A DNA stretch of 64,000 bases, from positions 23,766-87,765 of the IMG/VR virus record IMGVR_UViG_3300016471_000834. One strand, written 5' to 3'. Source of the stretch: a virus (lineage: Duplodnaviria; Caudoviricetes). This document shows, one piece after another, positions 9,238 through 18,352 of the stretch. A model generated the notes under the pieces. It was not told where the DNA came from and made no database searches. It worked only from the letters and a program-made list of their open reading frames with translations. Position 1 is the stretch's first letter; the number at the start of each line of letters is the position of its first letter. Made by a program: the position numbers and the translations under genes.

Positions 9238-10128
9238 TTACTGTACCAGCTCCTCAAGATCCAACTCAATCGCCAACCGCCCCTCCGCGAAGGCCGTCAC
9301 GCTGGCGATCACGAGGGAAAGGCTATCGCCGGGAGCGAAGGCATTGTTGGCGCTGGCCGCGCTCAATGCGGTCACAGCACCGATGGTCTTCGTGCCAGCG
9401 TAGGTGGCCGCGAGGCCACTGATCGCCGTGCTGCCGATCTTGAAGCTCAGAGCCGCCGTCTTGCTACCGGTCGTGATGGCCTTCTCGCAGATGACCCGGC
9501 CACCGGTGATACGGCCGTGGATCTTCGGCAGAGGCAGAGTGATGAACGGGTCGGCATTGGCCAGGTCCGCCGCGTCGAAGGAGCCCAGGCGAAGCGACTG
9601 GAACGGACGATAGAACGACTTCGAGCTGACCGGGTCCTTCAGATAGCTCGAGCCCACGCTCTTGTAGGACGGATCCAGCTCATAAGAGCGCCGGGTCCGA
9701 TCCAGGGTTAGTGTTACCGTCGAACTCGAACGCACGAACTTCGCGTCGCCGCAGATCTGGTAGCTGTAATCACCGATGGCCGACTCGAGCGCCGACTCCG
9801 AGATGATGGATGTGCTCCCAGTGGTGCCTGGCGTTCCGGTGATGACCTTGCTGAAGAGGCCGTTCACTTCTGGCACGTAGTAGATGACGACCGTGGCGCG
9901 AACTTCGTACCCATCGGCTAGAGTGCTGTTGTCGTAGGGCTTGAGATTGTTCTCGCCCGGAAAGTACTGCACCTTCCCATCGATCACCGCTTCACCGGGC
10001 TCAAGATCGAGCCTCAGCGCGTTCGAGGCCTGAGCCACGCTGGGGTGCAGCAGGTGAAGACCGAAGAGCCGATTGACGCCCATGACGCTGTGAGGTGTCA
10101 CAGACTCCTGCCTGTTGTCCAACCGCAT
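9238..10128 (-). CDS. Putative head decoration/virion structural protein
   Basis: 296 aa, Ser/Thr/Gly/Ala-rich beta pattern, inside the head operon; function inferred. Confidence 0.45.
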   Translation of the reverse strand: MRLDNRQESVTPHSVMGVNRLFGLHLLHPSVAQASNALRLDLEPGEAVIDGKVQYFPGENNLKPYDNSTLADGYEVRATVVIYYVPEVNGLFSKVITGTPGTTGSTSIISESALESAIGDYSYQICGDAKFVRSSSTVTLTLDRTRRSYELDPSYKSVGSSYLKDPVSSKSFYRPFQSLRLGSFDAADLANADPFITLPLPKIHGRITGGRVICEKAITTGSKTAALSFKIGSTAISGLAATYAGTKTIGAVTALSAASANNAFAPGDSLSLVIASVTAFAEGRLAIELDLEELVQ

Positions 10129-10154
10129 GAAAAACCTCCTGCACCTCGTGGGTG

Positions 10155-11096
10155 CTACTTCAGATGGGCCTGCACAGCGGCCACGAGATCATTCCAGCTC
10201 ATGCTCTTGGCGTTCTCCGGCAGAGGAATCCCGGCCTTCCGCGCTTCGGAGCGGAGCGACATCACGGACTTGGACGGACCCGCGATCAGGGCTCTCACCT
10301 TCTCGAGGGGGTCCGCAGAATCACCACCAGAGCCGGACTGGTGCAACGGCTCATCCTCCAGGTCGGCAGCGGAGAGGCCTTCGCCCGGGCTGCCTGAACG
10401 CTCAGGCAGGGAGGACACTTCGGGACGAGGTGACGGCGCTGGCTGGACAGGCTTGCCTGGTTCCTTCTCGGGCTCTTTCACCTTCACTTCTTCCTGACGC
10501 GGCTGCTCAACCACGGGGGGGGGAGCCTTCGCAGGAGGCGGTGTGGGTGCAGGAGCACGGGCAGATCCCAGGAGCACGTCCAGCACGTCCTCATCAGTCA
10601 ACAGCAGGAGCGCTGACACGATCGCGATAACTGTCGTTTTCCGCTGGGGTCGAGGTAGTCCCTCAACCCAGGCAGTGACTTCCGCAACGCGCTCAGCAGA
10701 TGACAACTCTCGAGGCGGCTCAGGGGTGGGAACCTGCAATGTCAGGCCCGATGGAACGAGCCCGGCAAGCAGTGGCCCCACATCGTTGGAAACGGTCTCA
10801 TAGATCGCCCGCGCTTCTGGCGAAAGCTCGGAGAGCATGGCACCAACTTCCATCAGCGACTTGCGGAGGACCCCTACCACGCGCATGGCCGTTTCACGAG
10901 GCTCATGAGCTGTGATGGGAATGCCTCCCGGCGCGTCGTGCCCGTGAGTCTCCACGCACTTCCAGGCAGGGTCCTGCCGAAGTGTAAGAGCAGAGGGGGA
11001 CGACAGAGCCACAGTTATTTCCGCACCGCGATGATATGTCTGCCCCTCAAAGACTCGGCTGTGCGCCGTCAGAGTCGCCTTTAGAATCCGTGCCAT
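10155..11096 (-). CDS. Pro/Glu-rich hypothetical protein with a short C-terminal helical (Rho-N/HeH-like) motif
   Basis: Follows the capsid gene; low-complexity linker, then 'VMSLRSEARKAGIPLPENAKSMSWNDLVAAV'. Confidence 0.55.
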   Translation of the reverse strand: MARILKATLTAHSRVFEGQTYHRGAEITVALSSPSALTLRQDPAWKCVETHGHDAPGGIPITAHEPRETAMRVVGVLRKSLMEVGAMLSELSPEARAIYETVSNDVGPLLAGLVPSGLTLQVPTPEPPRELSSAERVAEVTAWVEGLPRPQRKTTVIAIVSALLLLTDEDVLDVLLGSARAPAPTPPPAKAPPPVVEQPRQEEVKVKEPEKEPGKPVQPAPSPRPEVSSLPERSGSPGEGLSAADLEDEPLHQSGSGGDSADPLEKVRALIAGPSKSVMSLRSEARKAGIPLPENAKSMSWNDLVAAVQAHLK

Positions 11097-11151
11097 GCCT
11101 TCATCTCCTCGCCATAGTGCGCAGGCGTTACATCAGGCCGTCAGTCCGGGA

Positions 11152-12447
11152 TTAGAACTCCTCAACCGGGATGACCACGCCGTCCTGTAGAACCATCGCG
11201 TCGGGGTTGAAGAGAATGACGTCCATCTCCCAATAAACGTCGAAGCGAATCCGCTCGAACTCCTGCTCAAACTTCCGGTACACTCGGACGCCACCGTCCC
11301 CGGACCGGGTGCACATGACGAAGCAGATGTTCTTGGGGTTCGTCAGAATGATGGACGTGCAGTCCACCACGTCAAGCGTGTAGTCGCTCGCGGTCGTGCT
11401 GATGGTCGACTGGCCCAGGGTGCCCGACGCGGTCACGTACAGGTGGCTGGACTCTGCCGTCACGCTCAGCGTCTCGCTCTTGCCGGTGGCCACGCAGGTG
11501 AGCTTGACCTGGCGTCCGACGTGAGTGCTGTTGTACCCGCCGAAGAGCGTATCCACCTGGGCCTTGACCTTGCCGGAGCTGTTGGTCACGGCGTCCGCTG
11601 CGGACGTGCTCTTGTTCAGGGTGCTGAAGCCCTGGGTGTTCGGAAGCTGGGGCACCAGCAATGGCGCGATACCCTGGGGATTGTACCGAAGCCGCTGCTC
11701 GGTGAGGCCCCGCAGAGAGCCAGCGTTACCCTGAGCGGCGAATTCGTTGACCTCCCAGGTGAACTCCTGGTCGATTCCGGGGTGGACCATGAACCGCAGA
11801 TTCGGATCGTCGACATACTCGACCGGCATCTTCTGCTGGATGGCCTTCCACACGTTCCTGGCGTAGGTCTTCCCGTAGTCCGTGGTCCGCCGAATGGCCT
11901 TCGACCGGGCCTGAACCAGCACACCATCGGACCCAACCAGGAGGCGATTCTCCCTGGTGCTCAGATCGGTGATGGACTTGTCGCCCCGGATGATGACCTT
12001 ACCGAGCGAGTTGGCGAGCTTCCGAGCAAACAGGGTGACCACGGCCTGCTGGAAGTTCTGCGTCCCCGACGCCCGTGCCTCGCTGATGTCCTCGAGGGTC
12101 AGGTAGAAGGTGGACTGGTACTTCGTACAGGAATAGGCCCGACGATCCATGCTTGGGCTCGAGGTGATGGTCTTGCCGTCGTTCTCCTTGACGGCCTCCG
12201 CCACATCGCCGCTGATGTCTACGGTCGGAATCTCGCCAGACCGCTGCTCGCGCAGCCGATAGCTGACCTGGCTCAGCCACTGCACATTCGCCGTCGCCAG
12301 CACGACGAGAGATTCGATCTGGGGCCGGTTCATAAACTGACCGACCTGCACGGACGATGTCGTGATGACGCTCGGCTCCGCAGCCTTCAGCGCATCATGC
12401 CCGGCAAGCGTGGCTCCGGCGCTGTTCAAAAGCTCCTGGTTATTCAA
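11152..12447 (-). CDS. Major capsid protein (HK97 fold)
   Basis: 431 aa after scaffold. 'ITTSSVQVGQFMNRPQIESLV...', 'FARKLANSLGKVIIRGD...DGVL' and C-terminal 'IILTNPKNI...RVYRKFEQEFERIRFDVYWEMDV' match large-phage capsid proteins. Confidence 0.9.
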   Translation of the reverse strand: MNNQELLNSAGATLAGHDALKAAEPSVITTSSVQVGQFMNRPQIESLVVLATANVQWLSQVSYRLREQRSGEIPTVDISGDVAEAVKENDGKTITSSPSMDRRAYSCTKYQSTFYLTLEDISEARASGTQNFQQAVVTLFARKLANSLGKVIIRGDKSITDLSTRENRLLVGSDGVLVQARSKAIRRTTDYGKTYARNVWKAIQQKMPVEYVDDPNLRFMVHPGIDQEFTWEVNEFAAQGNAGSLRGLTEQRLRYNPQGIAPLLVPQLPNTQGFSTLNKSTSAADAVTNSSGKVKAQVDTLFGGYNSTHVGRQVKLTCVATGKSETLSVTAESSHLYVTASGTLGQSTISTTASDYTLDVVDCTSIILTNPKNICFVMCTRSGDGGVRVYRKFEQEFERIRFDVYWEMDVILFNPDAMVLQDGVVIPVEEF

Positions 12448-12485
12448 AATACAACCCTCCTACTGAATGAACGCCGACGCCACGA

Positions 12486-14198
12486 TTACCGAGTGGCCGT
12501 CAGACCGGTGAGGTCGAAAACGGACCCGGCGAAAATGTCATTGCCCTTGACCGCAGACTCTCCACCGCCACCACCCGGCAGTGAAACTGGGGGCCGCGGA
12601 GCCTCCCTGAGCTGCTTCAGTTCGGCGGTAACCTGATCGAGCTGAGCCTTCATCGCCTCCACGCCCTGGCCCCCCTGTCCATGGGTCTGAGCCTGATCGA
12701 TGGCGGCCTTGAGTGCGGCAAGCTGCTCGGGCTTTGCCGCCTTGAGGGCTGGCACGATGGTGTTTGTGTCCAGAGCCCCCATGAGCCCGCGCTGGAACAT
12801 TCCCAGGAGGTCTGGCGGAGTGCCATTCAGGTTCTGCCCAGAAAGCTGCCCTGCCAGAGCGTCCTGAATCATGGACGGCTGTGGCTCGCCCTGCACAGCG
12901 GCCTTCATGGTGGACTGGTAAACCTCAAGCCCCTTGGCCGCCAGTTCCGCGTCGGTCGCCTTGGGGTTCAGGGTCTTAAGAACTTCAATCGCACCCTTGG
13001 CGGCAGCCTGAGAATACTGGACTGCCTGCTCGGGGCTCATCGGCTGCTTCGCCATGTTAACACCCTCCGACGCCGATGGCGTCTGGTTGTAAGACTTGGC
13101 CGCAGGGGAACACTTCCCCTTGTCGGCTCCGGTCGCGGTTTCCCCTCCAATGCTCTCATCCTCAGAGGAAGAGGAAGTACCATCCACCGCCAACAGCTCA
13201 TCGAGAAGAGAGAGCACCATCTCGAGGCCAGTCTTCATATCGGCTCCCTTGGACTTCGCTTCATCGAGCTTCGCCCGGGTGGCCTTCGAAATCGTTCTGC
13301 CAGCCTTCATCACTTCCATCGAGGTGGAAGCGGACATCCGGCTGGATGCGCACATCGTTGCGCAGGTGAGGCAGGTGCTTGCACACGCCTTGGCCTCAGC
13401 GAGATCAGACCCTGCACAGGCCATTGCACAGGCTCGACAGGCCATCTCGCACATCACGAGGGCCATCGGAGCAAACGACGAACTCCTATTGCAGAGTTGA
13501 ATGCAAAGGGAACAGATGTCAACACATTCTTGGCAGGCGCGAATGCAAGCACCCATATCCGCGACGTTTGCCTGGTTCATGCAGGCGGAGATACACAACT
13601 GGCATGCTCCGATACACGCCTGGCAACAGGCAACGATGGAGGCCGTATCCATCGTCATCGCCTTGATAGCCTTCGCGGCAGCGGCCAAAGCCTTCCGCAC
13701 AGTCGCATTTTTGGCTGCAGCCAGCGGAGCAACGATAGACATCAGGTGACGATGGAACTGAGTGAGAGCAGCGTCTACTGCAGCGACTTTGTCGGGAACA
13801 GCCTCATCTTCGAGGATGTTCCGGATCACGTCCTGCAAAGCGTCTGTCGACCGCCAGAGGCCGTTGTTCAGCGTGTTGACGGCGAGAGCCGCATCAAAAG
13901 TGGTAGCGTCCACCGACTTCGTTGCACCTGCGAGGAACGCTTCACCGAGCGCGCCACCGCCGAACCACTCAGCCGGGCTGATCATCCGCTGGTACCAAGC
14001 GAGCTTCACGCCAGGAGTGAACGTGATGGGCGCGGAGGTATCGGACTTCGCCGTGACGGTCCTGCGGTTGGCGCCGGCCGGCACAAGAGAGACGAACGCC
14101 CGGTCTCCGTCCATCTGAGGATGGGACATGATGGTGAACATCGGCTTACCAGCCCCATCACGGGGGAGTTTGTCCAGCATTTCGGCGTTGTCAGGCAT
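12486..14198 (-). CDS. Capsid scaffolding protein with embedded Cys-rich four-helix-bundle (Csp/DUF326-like) domain
   Basis: Between protease and MCP. N-terminal 'FVSLVPAGANRR' motif (seen after XkdF-type proteases), helical Ala/Gln-rich C-terminus, and 20 Cys in CxxxC/CxxC spacing at about 13350-13630. Confidence 0.7.
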   Translation of the reverse strand: MPDNAEMLDKLPRDGAGKPMFTIMSHPQMDGDRAFVSLVPAGANRRTVTAKSDTSAPITFTPGVKLAWYQRMISPAEWFGGGALGEAFLAGATKSVDATTFDAALAVNTLNNGLWRSTDALQDVIRNILEDEAVPDKVAAVDAALTQFHRHLMSIVAPLAAAKNATVRKALAAAAKAIKAMTMDTASIVACCQACIGACQLCISACMNQANVADMGACIRACQECVDICSLCIQLCNRSSSFAPMALVMCEMACRACAMACAGSDLAEAKACASTCLTCATMCASSRMSASTSMEVMKAGRTISKATRAKLDEAKSKGADMKTGLEMVLSLLDELLAVDGTSSSSEDESIGGETATGADKGKCSPAAKSYNQTPSASEGVNMAKQPMSPEQAVQYSQAAAKGAIEVLKTLNPKATDAELAAKGLEVYQSTMKAAVQGEPQPSMIQDALAGQLSGQNLNGTPPDLLGMFQRGLMGALDTNTIVPALKAAKPEQLAALKAAIDQAQTHGQGGQGVEAMKAQLDQVTAELKQLREAPRPPVSLPGGGGGESAVKGNDIFAGSVFDLTGLTATR

Positions 14199-14766
14199 GT
14201 GCCTCTCCTCCGGTCCGTACAGTCACAAGGGTTTTGTTGACGAGGGTCTCGAAGGATACTGCCTCGAGCACACCGGAGTCAACCATGAGCCATTCGGGCG
14301 TGCCCGGCTGAATCTTCACGACCAGCACCCAGCAGCCAGGAAAAAAATTGGGGGAGGCGATCTCCGGAGTGTTCACGAAGCTCTGCACGACCTTCAACCC
14401 CTCTCGAGGCTGCTTGTCGTGAAAGGCGTCCAACTTCCGGCTGTGGACCAAGAAGTCCTCGGCCATCTTGATGAGGTCATCTTGCAGCATGACCTCCCCC
14501 TGGCTGTCGATTGGATCGAGCGCCAGTCGGGCAAGGTCAGGCTGTGCAGCTATGACCTGGCGATAAGCGTCGCGCTGTGTCAGCACAGTATTCGCGGTCA
14601 TCAGTGCTTCGACCTGGGTCCAGAAGTCCGAGAACGCCTTGGGATCGAACGGGAGGTATACTTCAGCGTAGATAAGTCCTTCCTTGAGGACACCGCCATC
14701 AGTGCCCTTCCGAACTCGAGCGATCTTGACTTGCGCTCTGCTCACGCGGTCGACAGCCTCAGCCAC
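14191..14766 (-). CDS. XkdF-like prohead serine protease
   Basis: 'LIYAEVYLP...D.QGE......I.KMA.DF......D.FHD......VV.SF......F.PG.WV..VK....W..V.SG.L.A.SF' pattern. Confidence 0.8.
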   Translation of the reverse strand: MAEAVDRVSRAQVKIARVRKGTDGGVLKEGLIYAEVYLPFDPKAFSDFWTQVEALMTANTVLTQRDAYRQVIAAQPDLARLALDPIDSQGEVMLQDDLIKMAEDFLVHSRKLDAFHDKQPREGLKVVQSFVNTPEIASPNFFPGCWVLVVKIQPGTPEWLMVDSGVLEAVSFETLVNKTLVTVRTGGEAHA

Positions 14767-14853
14767 CTACGATCCCTTTCAAAATGGATAGCGTAGTCCG
14801 GATTGCAAACGGTTCACCCACCAACATTAGCGATAGACTACGCACACACTCTA

Positions 14854-14883
14854 AGGATATGACTGCTTTCAACGAAGCGTCAA
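14854..14883 (-). promoter_or_regulatory. sigma70-like promoter upstream of protease/scaffold/capsid
   Basis: TTGACG-N18-TATCCT in a low-GC intergenic stretch. Confidence 0.45.
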
Positions 14884-14921
14884 TAAAATCCATGTAGGCT
14901 GTGCCTGTTTTCTGCACAGTC

Positions 14922-15878
14922 TTAGCGGATGAGGATCTGCGAGCGACAGAACATGTGCTGGGGGGGCATGATGACACCCATCGCAACGAGCTCAGGAGCG
15001 CTCAAGAGCGCTCCCGTCGCGTCCGTGATGTCGGAAACCTTGACCCAGGGGGCGATGGCCTTCCACTCCTCCGGGTCCTGGGCCTGAAGTAGACGATCGC
15101 GAAGGTCTATGGCGTGTTCGACTCGAAAGATGGTCCCGTTCAGCGCCTCGCACACGGGAGACGTGCGCTCGTCCATCGGGTTGACGTACTCGTACTCTTC
15201 CACCTCGATGTTGACCATCGTGGAGAGGGACCCGAACGTGCGCGCCCGGGTCGTGATGACGTGGCTGAACCCCTTCCAGTAGCTCTCACTCCGCTTGAAG
15301 ACGGCGTTCTTGAACATGCTGGCCAGCTTCTCGCCAGCTGCTTCAGCGCCATATCCCTTCTCGAGCACCATCTCGCGAAGCACATCGTCAATTACCCCCT
15401 GGGGAATGACGTCGCCGTAGTGCTTCCCGACCCAATAGATTCCATTCCGGTTCAACCCGGCGATAGCGTCGGCATCGGCCACCCCGAAGGACATGCTGAC
15501 GTTCGCCGCCGTGGACATCTCCTTGAGGCCCAGCTTGTACGAGCCCCGAAGCGCTGGCAGCAGCAGATCCTTGTCATCGTCGGTCAGTTGTATGCCAGCG
15601 GCTATCAGCGCTTCGCGTAGCGAAAGCATTTCCCCGGTAACGGCGGCAGCTCTCTCTGCGATGGTTCCAGGCCGATCCGAGATGGCAGCAATCTTCCTGA
15701 TGGCTGCTCCGATGAGGGGGCCGGCTGCCGTGGAGAACGCATCGATCAGCAGCTTACTCAGGCGAGATGTCAGGACGGTGTAGCTGGGGGGGGAGGCTTT
15801 GATCCCTGCGACTGCGCACATAAGTCCGTGCGCGTCATCAGCTGCCTGTACCAAAGGACTGTCCAGGTCAAAACACAC
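14922..15878 (-). CDS. Phage Mu F / SPP1 gp7-like minor head protein
   Basis: 'TRARTFGSLSTM....VEEYEYV.PMDERTSPVC..LNG..F...PPQHMFCRS' motif; GGAGG RBS before GTG. Confidence 0.85.
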   Translation of the reverse strand: MCFDLDSPLVQAADDAHGLMCAVAGIKASPPSYTVLTSRLSKLLIDAFSTAAGPLIGAAIRKIAAISDRPGTIAERAAAVTGEMLSLREALIAAGIQLTDDDKDLLLPALRGSYKLGLKEMSTAANVSMSFGVADADAIAGLNRNGIYWVGKHYGDVIPQGVIDDVLREMVLEKGYGAEAAGEKLASMFKNAVFKRSESYWKGFSHVITTRARTFGSLSTMVNIEVEEYEYVNPMDERTSPVCEALNGTIFRVEHAIDLRDRLLQAQDPEEWKAIAPWVKVSDITDATGALLSAPELVAMGVIMPPQHMFCRSQILIR

Positions 15879-15881
15879 AGG

Positions 15882-16295
15882 CTATTCCTCCGGAGCTGCA
15901 AGGGTCTCAACGAGGGCCGGAATAGGCTCGAGATCCACATGCACGAGGAATGGGACCATCAGTCCCTCAACTTCCTGGGCCGGGACATGAAGATACGCAC
16001 CCATGTCGATGTTAGGAGTGTAGGGAGTTCCATTCCCCTGGTCATCATAGCCTATGAGACTTAACTCAGCTCTCTTGCCATCCGCGCTGTATACAAGGCT
16101 CTCACACCTTGCGATGATGCGAAGCCCTCCAGCGGGAGTTGGACGGCGCCCCCAACGCCAGGGCTCCAACCGCAGATTGATCTCATGCCCCTTCGTAAAT
16201 GGCACCGCATCATTCTTGAGCCCGTCGACCCATAACCATCCTTCATCGGTTCTCAGCTCGAGCCATGTGCCAACCTGCACAACCTGCATTTTCAT
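15882..16295 (-). CDS. Hypothetical protein
   Basis: 137-aa ORF abutting the Mu F-like gene. Confidence 0.6.
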   Translation of the reverse strand: MKMQVVQVGTWLELRTDEGWLWVDGLKNDAVPFTKGHEINLRLEPWRWGRRPTPAGGLRIIARCESLVYSADGKRAELSLIGYDDQGNGTPYTPNIDMGAYLHVPAQEVEGLMVPFLVHVDLEPIPALVETLAAPEE

Positions 16296-16429
16296 CGGCT
16301 TTTCCCTGGAATGTGTAAACGATTTGACGGACTACCAGATCAGTCCTACATGGGAAAAATGCGGTACCATATCCTGTCGTCCGTCAGACAGCAGACTACA
16401 GCCACACAGGAACACGATAGCACACAGAA

Positions 16430-16621
16430 TTACTGTCCGCACCGTTCTTGCTCCAACCTCTCGGCATCATAATACCGGCTCTGCGCCCTGTACTGCTTGT
16501 GGATGACGAACTTCCGCCTCACGAGGCTCGAGACGGACTGAAGGTCGAAGGAGATCCCCACCATCCGGCCTGTCTCGAGTTCGAGGTACCCGAAAAACCA
16601 GTGCATCGATGTTTCCTTCAA
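16430..16621 (-). CDS. Small hypothetical protein
   Basis: ATGA-type overlap with the upstream regulator gene. Confidence 0.45.
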   Translation of the reverse strand: MKETSMHWFFGYLELETGRMVGISFDLQSVSSLVRRKFVIHKQYRAQSRYYDAERLEQERCGQ

Positions 16622-17391
16622 GCCGCCTGACGCATTCTGGCAACGATGGCGCGGCCTTCATCACTCAACGCATAGAAGATCCTGGGCGCTCCCCTTTCCG
16701 TCCCCTTGAATACCCTGCGTTGCACAGTCATGAGCCCCTGAACCTCGAGTCGAAGGAGCGCTTGCTTGATCGACTCCTTGCTCAAGGGGGTCCAATCCCC
16801 GTAGATGGCCCCGGCCAGCTCGAATCGGGTCTCAAGCCCATCAGCCAGCGCTTGCAGAATGCGCAGGCGCACGAGGGATAGGGTCTCGATCACAGGAGGC
16901 TGCACCGGATTGTCGGTGTATCGACTCTCCGGCTTCCCCTCGGCGAGAGTGCTCACCTTCCGGCCACAGGCCGGGCAGCTTGGGAGCGAAAAGATGGGGG
17001 CCCAGAAGTGGATCGGCATGAGCGTCGCGTGCTTATCCCCGTGCTGGCAGACTACCAACTTGAACAGTTTGGGGAGTGGCACATTGAAGCTCAATCCCAA
17101 CTTCTGGCATATGGCTGGAGATACCCGATCAGGGTCGTAACACTCTGGCCGCTTGCGGAAGAATGCTTCCAGCCACTCCGGATAGATCATGTGTGCGCGA
17201 TTCGGGCCAGCGTTGGGGCCGTTCCGATACTCGAGCCCCAGCTCGTTGCACCACCATGTGACCGTCTTTTCCTCAACGCCCATGGCTCGAGCAATCTGGC
17301 GAGCGGAATACATCCCCTGCATGGTGTACTGGTTCATCCCGTATTCGCGCCTGGCCCGGATCTTGAGCGCATTTTTGCTCCGCTGTCCCAA
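16618..17391 (-). CDS. Multi-HTH DNA-binding protein (HTH, CxxC, C-terminal winged helix); frame stays open upstream to an in-frame TAG at 17464
   Basis: 'YSARQIARAMGVEEKTVTWWC' HTH, 'CPACG' zinc knuckle, 'ILQALADG...ELA..IYG......SIKQALLRLE.QGLM....RIFYALSDEG' PadR-like winged helix. Confidence 0.7.
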   Translation of the reverse strand: MGQRSKNALKIRARREYGMNQYTMQGMYSARQIARAMGVEEKTVTWWCNELGLEYRNGPNAGPNRAHMIYPEWLEAFFRKRPECYDPDRVSPAICQKLGLSFNVPLPKLFKLVVCQHGDKHATLMPIHFWAPIFSLPSCPACGRKVSTLAEGKPESRYTDNPVQPPVIETLSLVRLRILQALADGLETRFELAGAIYGDWTPLSKESIKQALLRLEVQGLMTVQRRVFKGTERGAPRIFYALSDEGRAIVARMRQAA

Positions 17392-17463
17392 GCGCCTTCC
17401 CAGACGCTCGGCGGAGGTGACGCCGTAGTGCTCCCGGAATTCCTCCTCCTGCTCCGGGCGCCA

Positions 17464-17637
17464 CTACCGCTCTGTCAACGCCTTGGCCGGTACAAAGCCA
17501 GCCTGACAGCGGCCACAGCCCTGCCCCGCGCACGGCTTGTGCGGTCGAATACGGCCTGAGCCTTTGCACAGCGCACAATCGCCGCCTTTACCATTGCACT
17601 CCTTACACCACACCGGTCTCCAGGGTCCAACGCTCAT
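17464..17637 (-). CDS. Small DnaJ-type zinc-finger protein, in frame with 16618..17391
   Basis: Not in track. MSVGPWRPVVCKECNGKGGDCALCKGSGRIRPHKPCAGQGCGRCQAGFVPAKALTER*; strong GGAGGGAG RBS. Confidence 0.6.
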   Translation of the reverse strand: MSVGPWRPVWCKECNGKGGDCALCKGSGRIRPHKPCAGQGCGRCQAGFVPAKALTER

Positions 17638-17661
17638 TTCTCCCTCCGCTTCAGCATGCCA

Positions 17662-18120
17662 CTACGTGATGGTGAGTCTCGAGATCTCCGTTCCATCCCG
17701 CCGAGCGGCGACGATGGTGATGGGCGGGCGTTCTGCCTCTATGGGAGGGGGCTTCAGCTCGCTCTGATACAAACCATCGTCGACCGTTGGGAGCGCTCGG
17801 TAGACCGGGCCGTACACGATGGTTGCCTGCCCCTGTGCCCAGGTGACGCCCACCGTTGAAAGCCCCTGCTTCCATGCCTCATCCAGGAACGGCCCGACCT
17901 GTGTCAGGTCTCTGGTCGGAGCTGCCGCCAGCATGTCGCCCTCTACCATCGTCCGCACAGCGACCGGGCACGTCTGATGACACGGGCAAGAGCAGGTGAC
18001 GTACTCCTCGGAGTCCAGGGAATGGCTGCCGGTACACATCGTGTGCTGCTCAATCCACCAGTCTCCCTGATCCCCGGGGCTGGCGCATGGGTTCAACACT
18101 GTTTTGCCTACTTCACGCAC
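17662..18120 (-). CDS. Hypothetical Cys-containing protein
   Basis: 3' part of track ORF 17662..18315; GTG at 18120 preceded by GGAGG. Confidence 0.5.
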   Translation of the reverse strand: MREVGKTVLNPCASPGDQGDWWIEQHTMCTGSHSLDSEEYVTCSCPCHQTCPVAVRTMVEGDMLAAAPTRDLTQVGPFLDEAWKQGLSTVGVTWAQGQATIVYGPVYRALPTVDDGLYQSELKPPPIEAERPPITIVAARRDGTEISRLTIT

Positions 18121-18352
18121 AGCGACCTCCATGTAGAGCCCGGAACTTCGCCGTCTCCTCCCTGGAGACTCGAGCCGCCCAGGCTTCGGTTTCCTCATCG
18201 TATTGCTCGCCTCTTCGGGACCGGCACCGCCAGCACTGGCACCGGTCGCCGATGAGGCCGGAGACACAGTTGGCGGAAAAGGAGATTCGCACCTCCCCTG
18301 CTCGAACCATGTCATCTAACTCCGACAGAAGTTCGTCCAGCACATGACTCAT
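18113..18352 (-). CDS. Hypothetical protein (CxCxxC)
   Basis: 79 aa, coupled by overlaps on both sides. Confidence 0.55.
   Translation of the reverse strand: MSHVLDELLSELDDMVRAGEVRISFSANCVSGLIGDRCQCWRCRSRRGEQYDEETEAWAARVSREETAKFRALHGGRCA

Noticed and set aside
13350-13630. Stand-alone copper-resistance gene
   Set aside because: The Cys-rich segment is in frame inside the scaffold ORF, with no stop or separate RBS/start around it.
14759-14986. Track ORF 14759..14986 as a gene
   Set aside because: It overlaps the Mu F-like gene end and spans a low-GC gap holding a promoter-like sequence; no RBS or motif.
17464-17466. Genome-wide TAG reassignment (alternative genetic code)
   Set aside because: Other TAGs behave as true stops: 1522 is followed in frame by another TAG about 20 codons later, 15882 ends just before the next gene's start, and 21033 ends a complete protein. 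Long genes are intact under the standard code.
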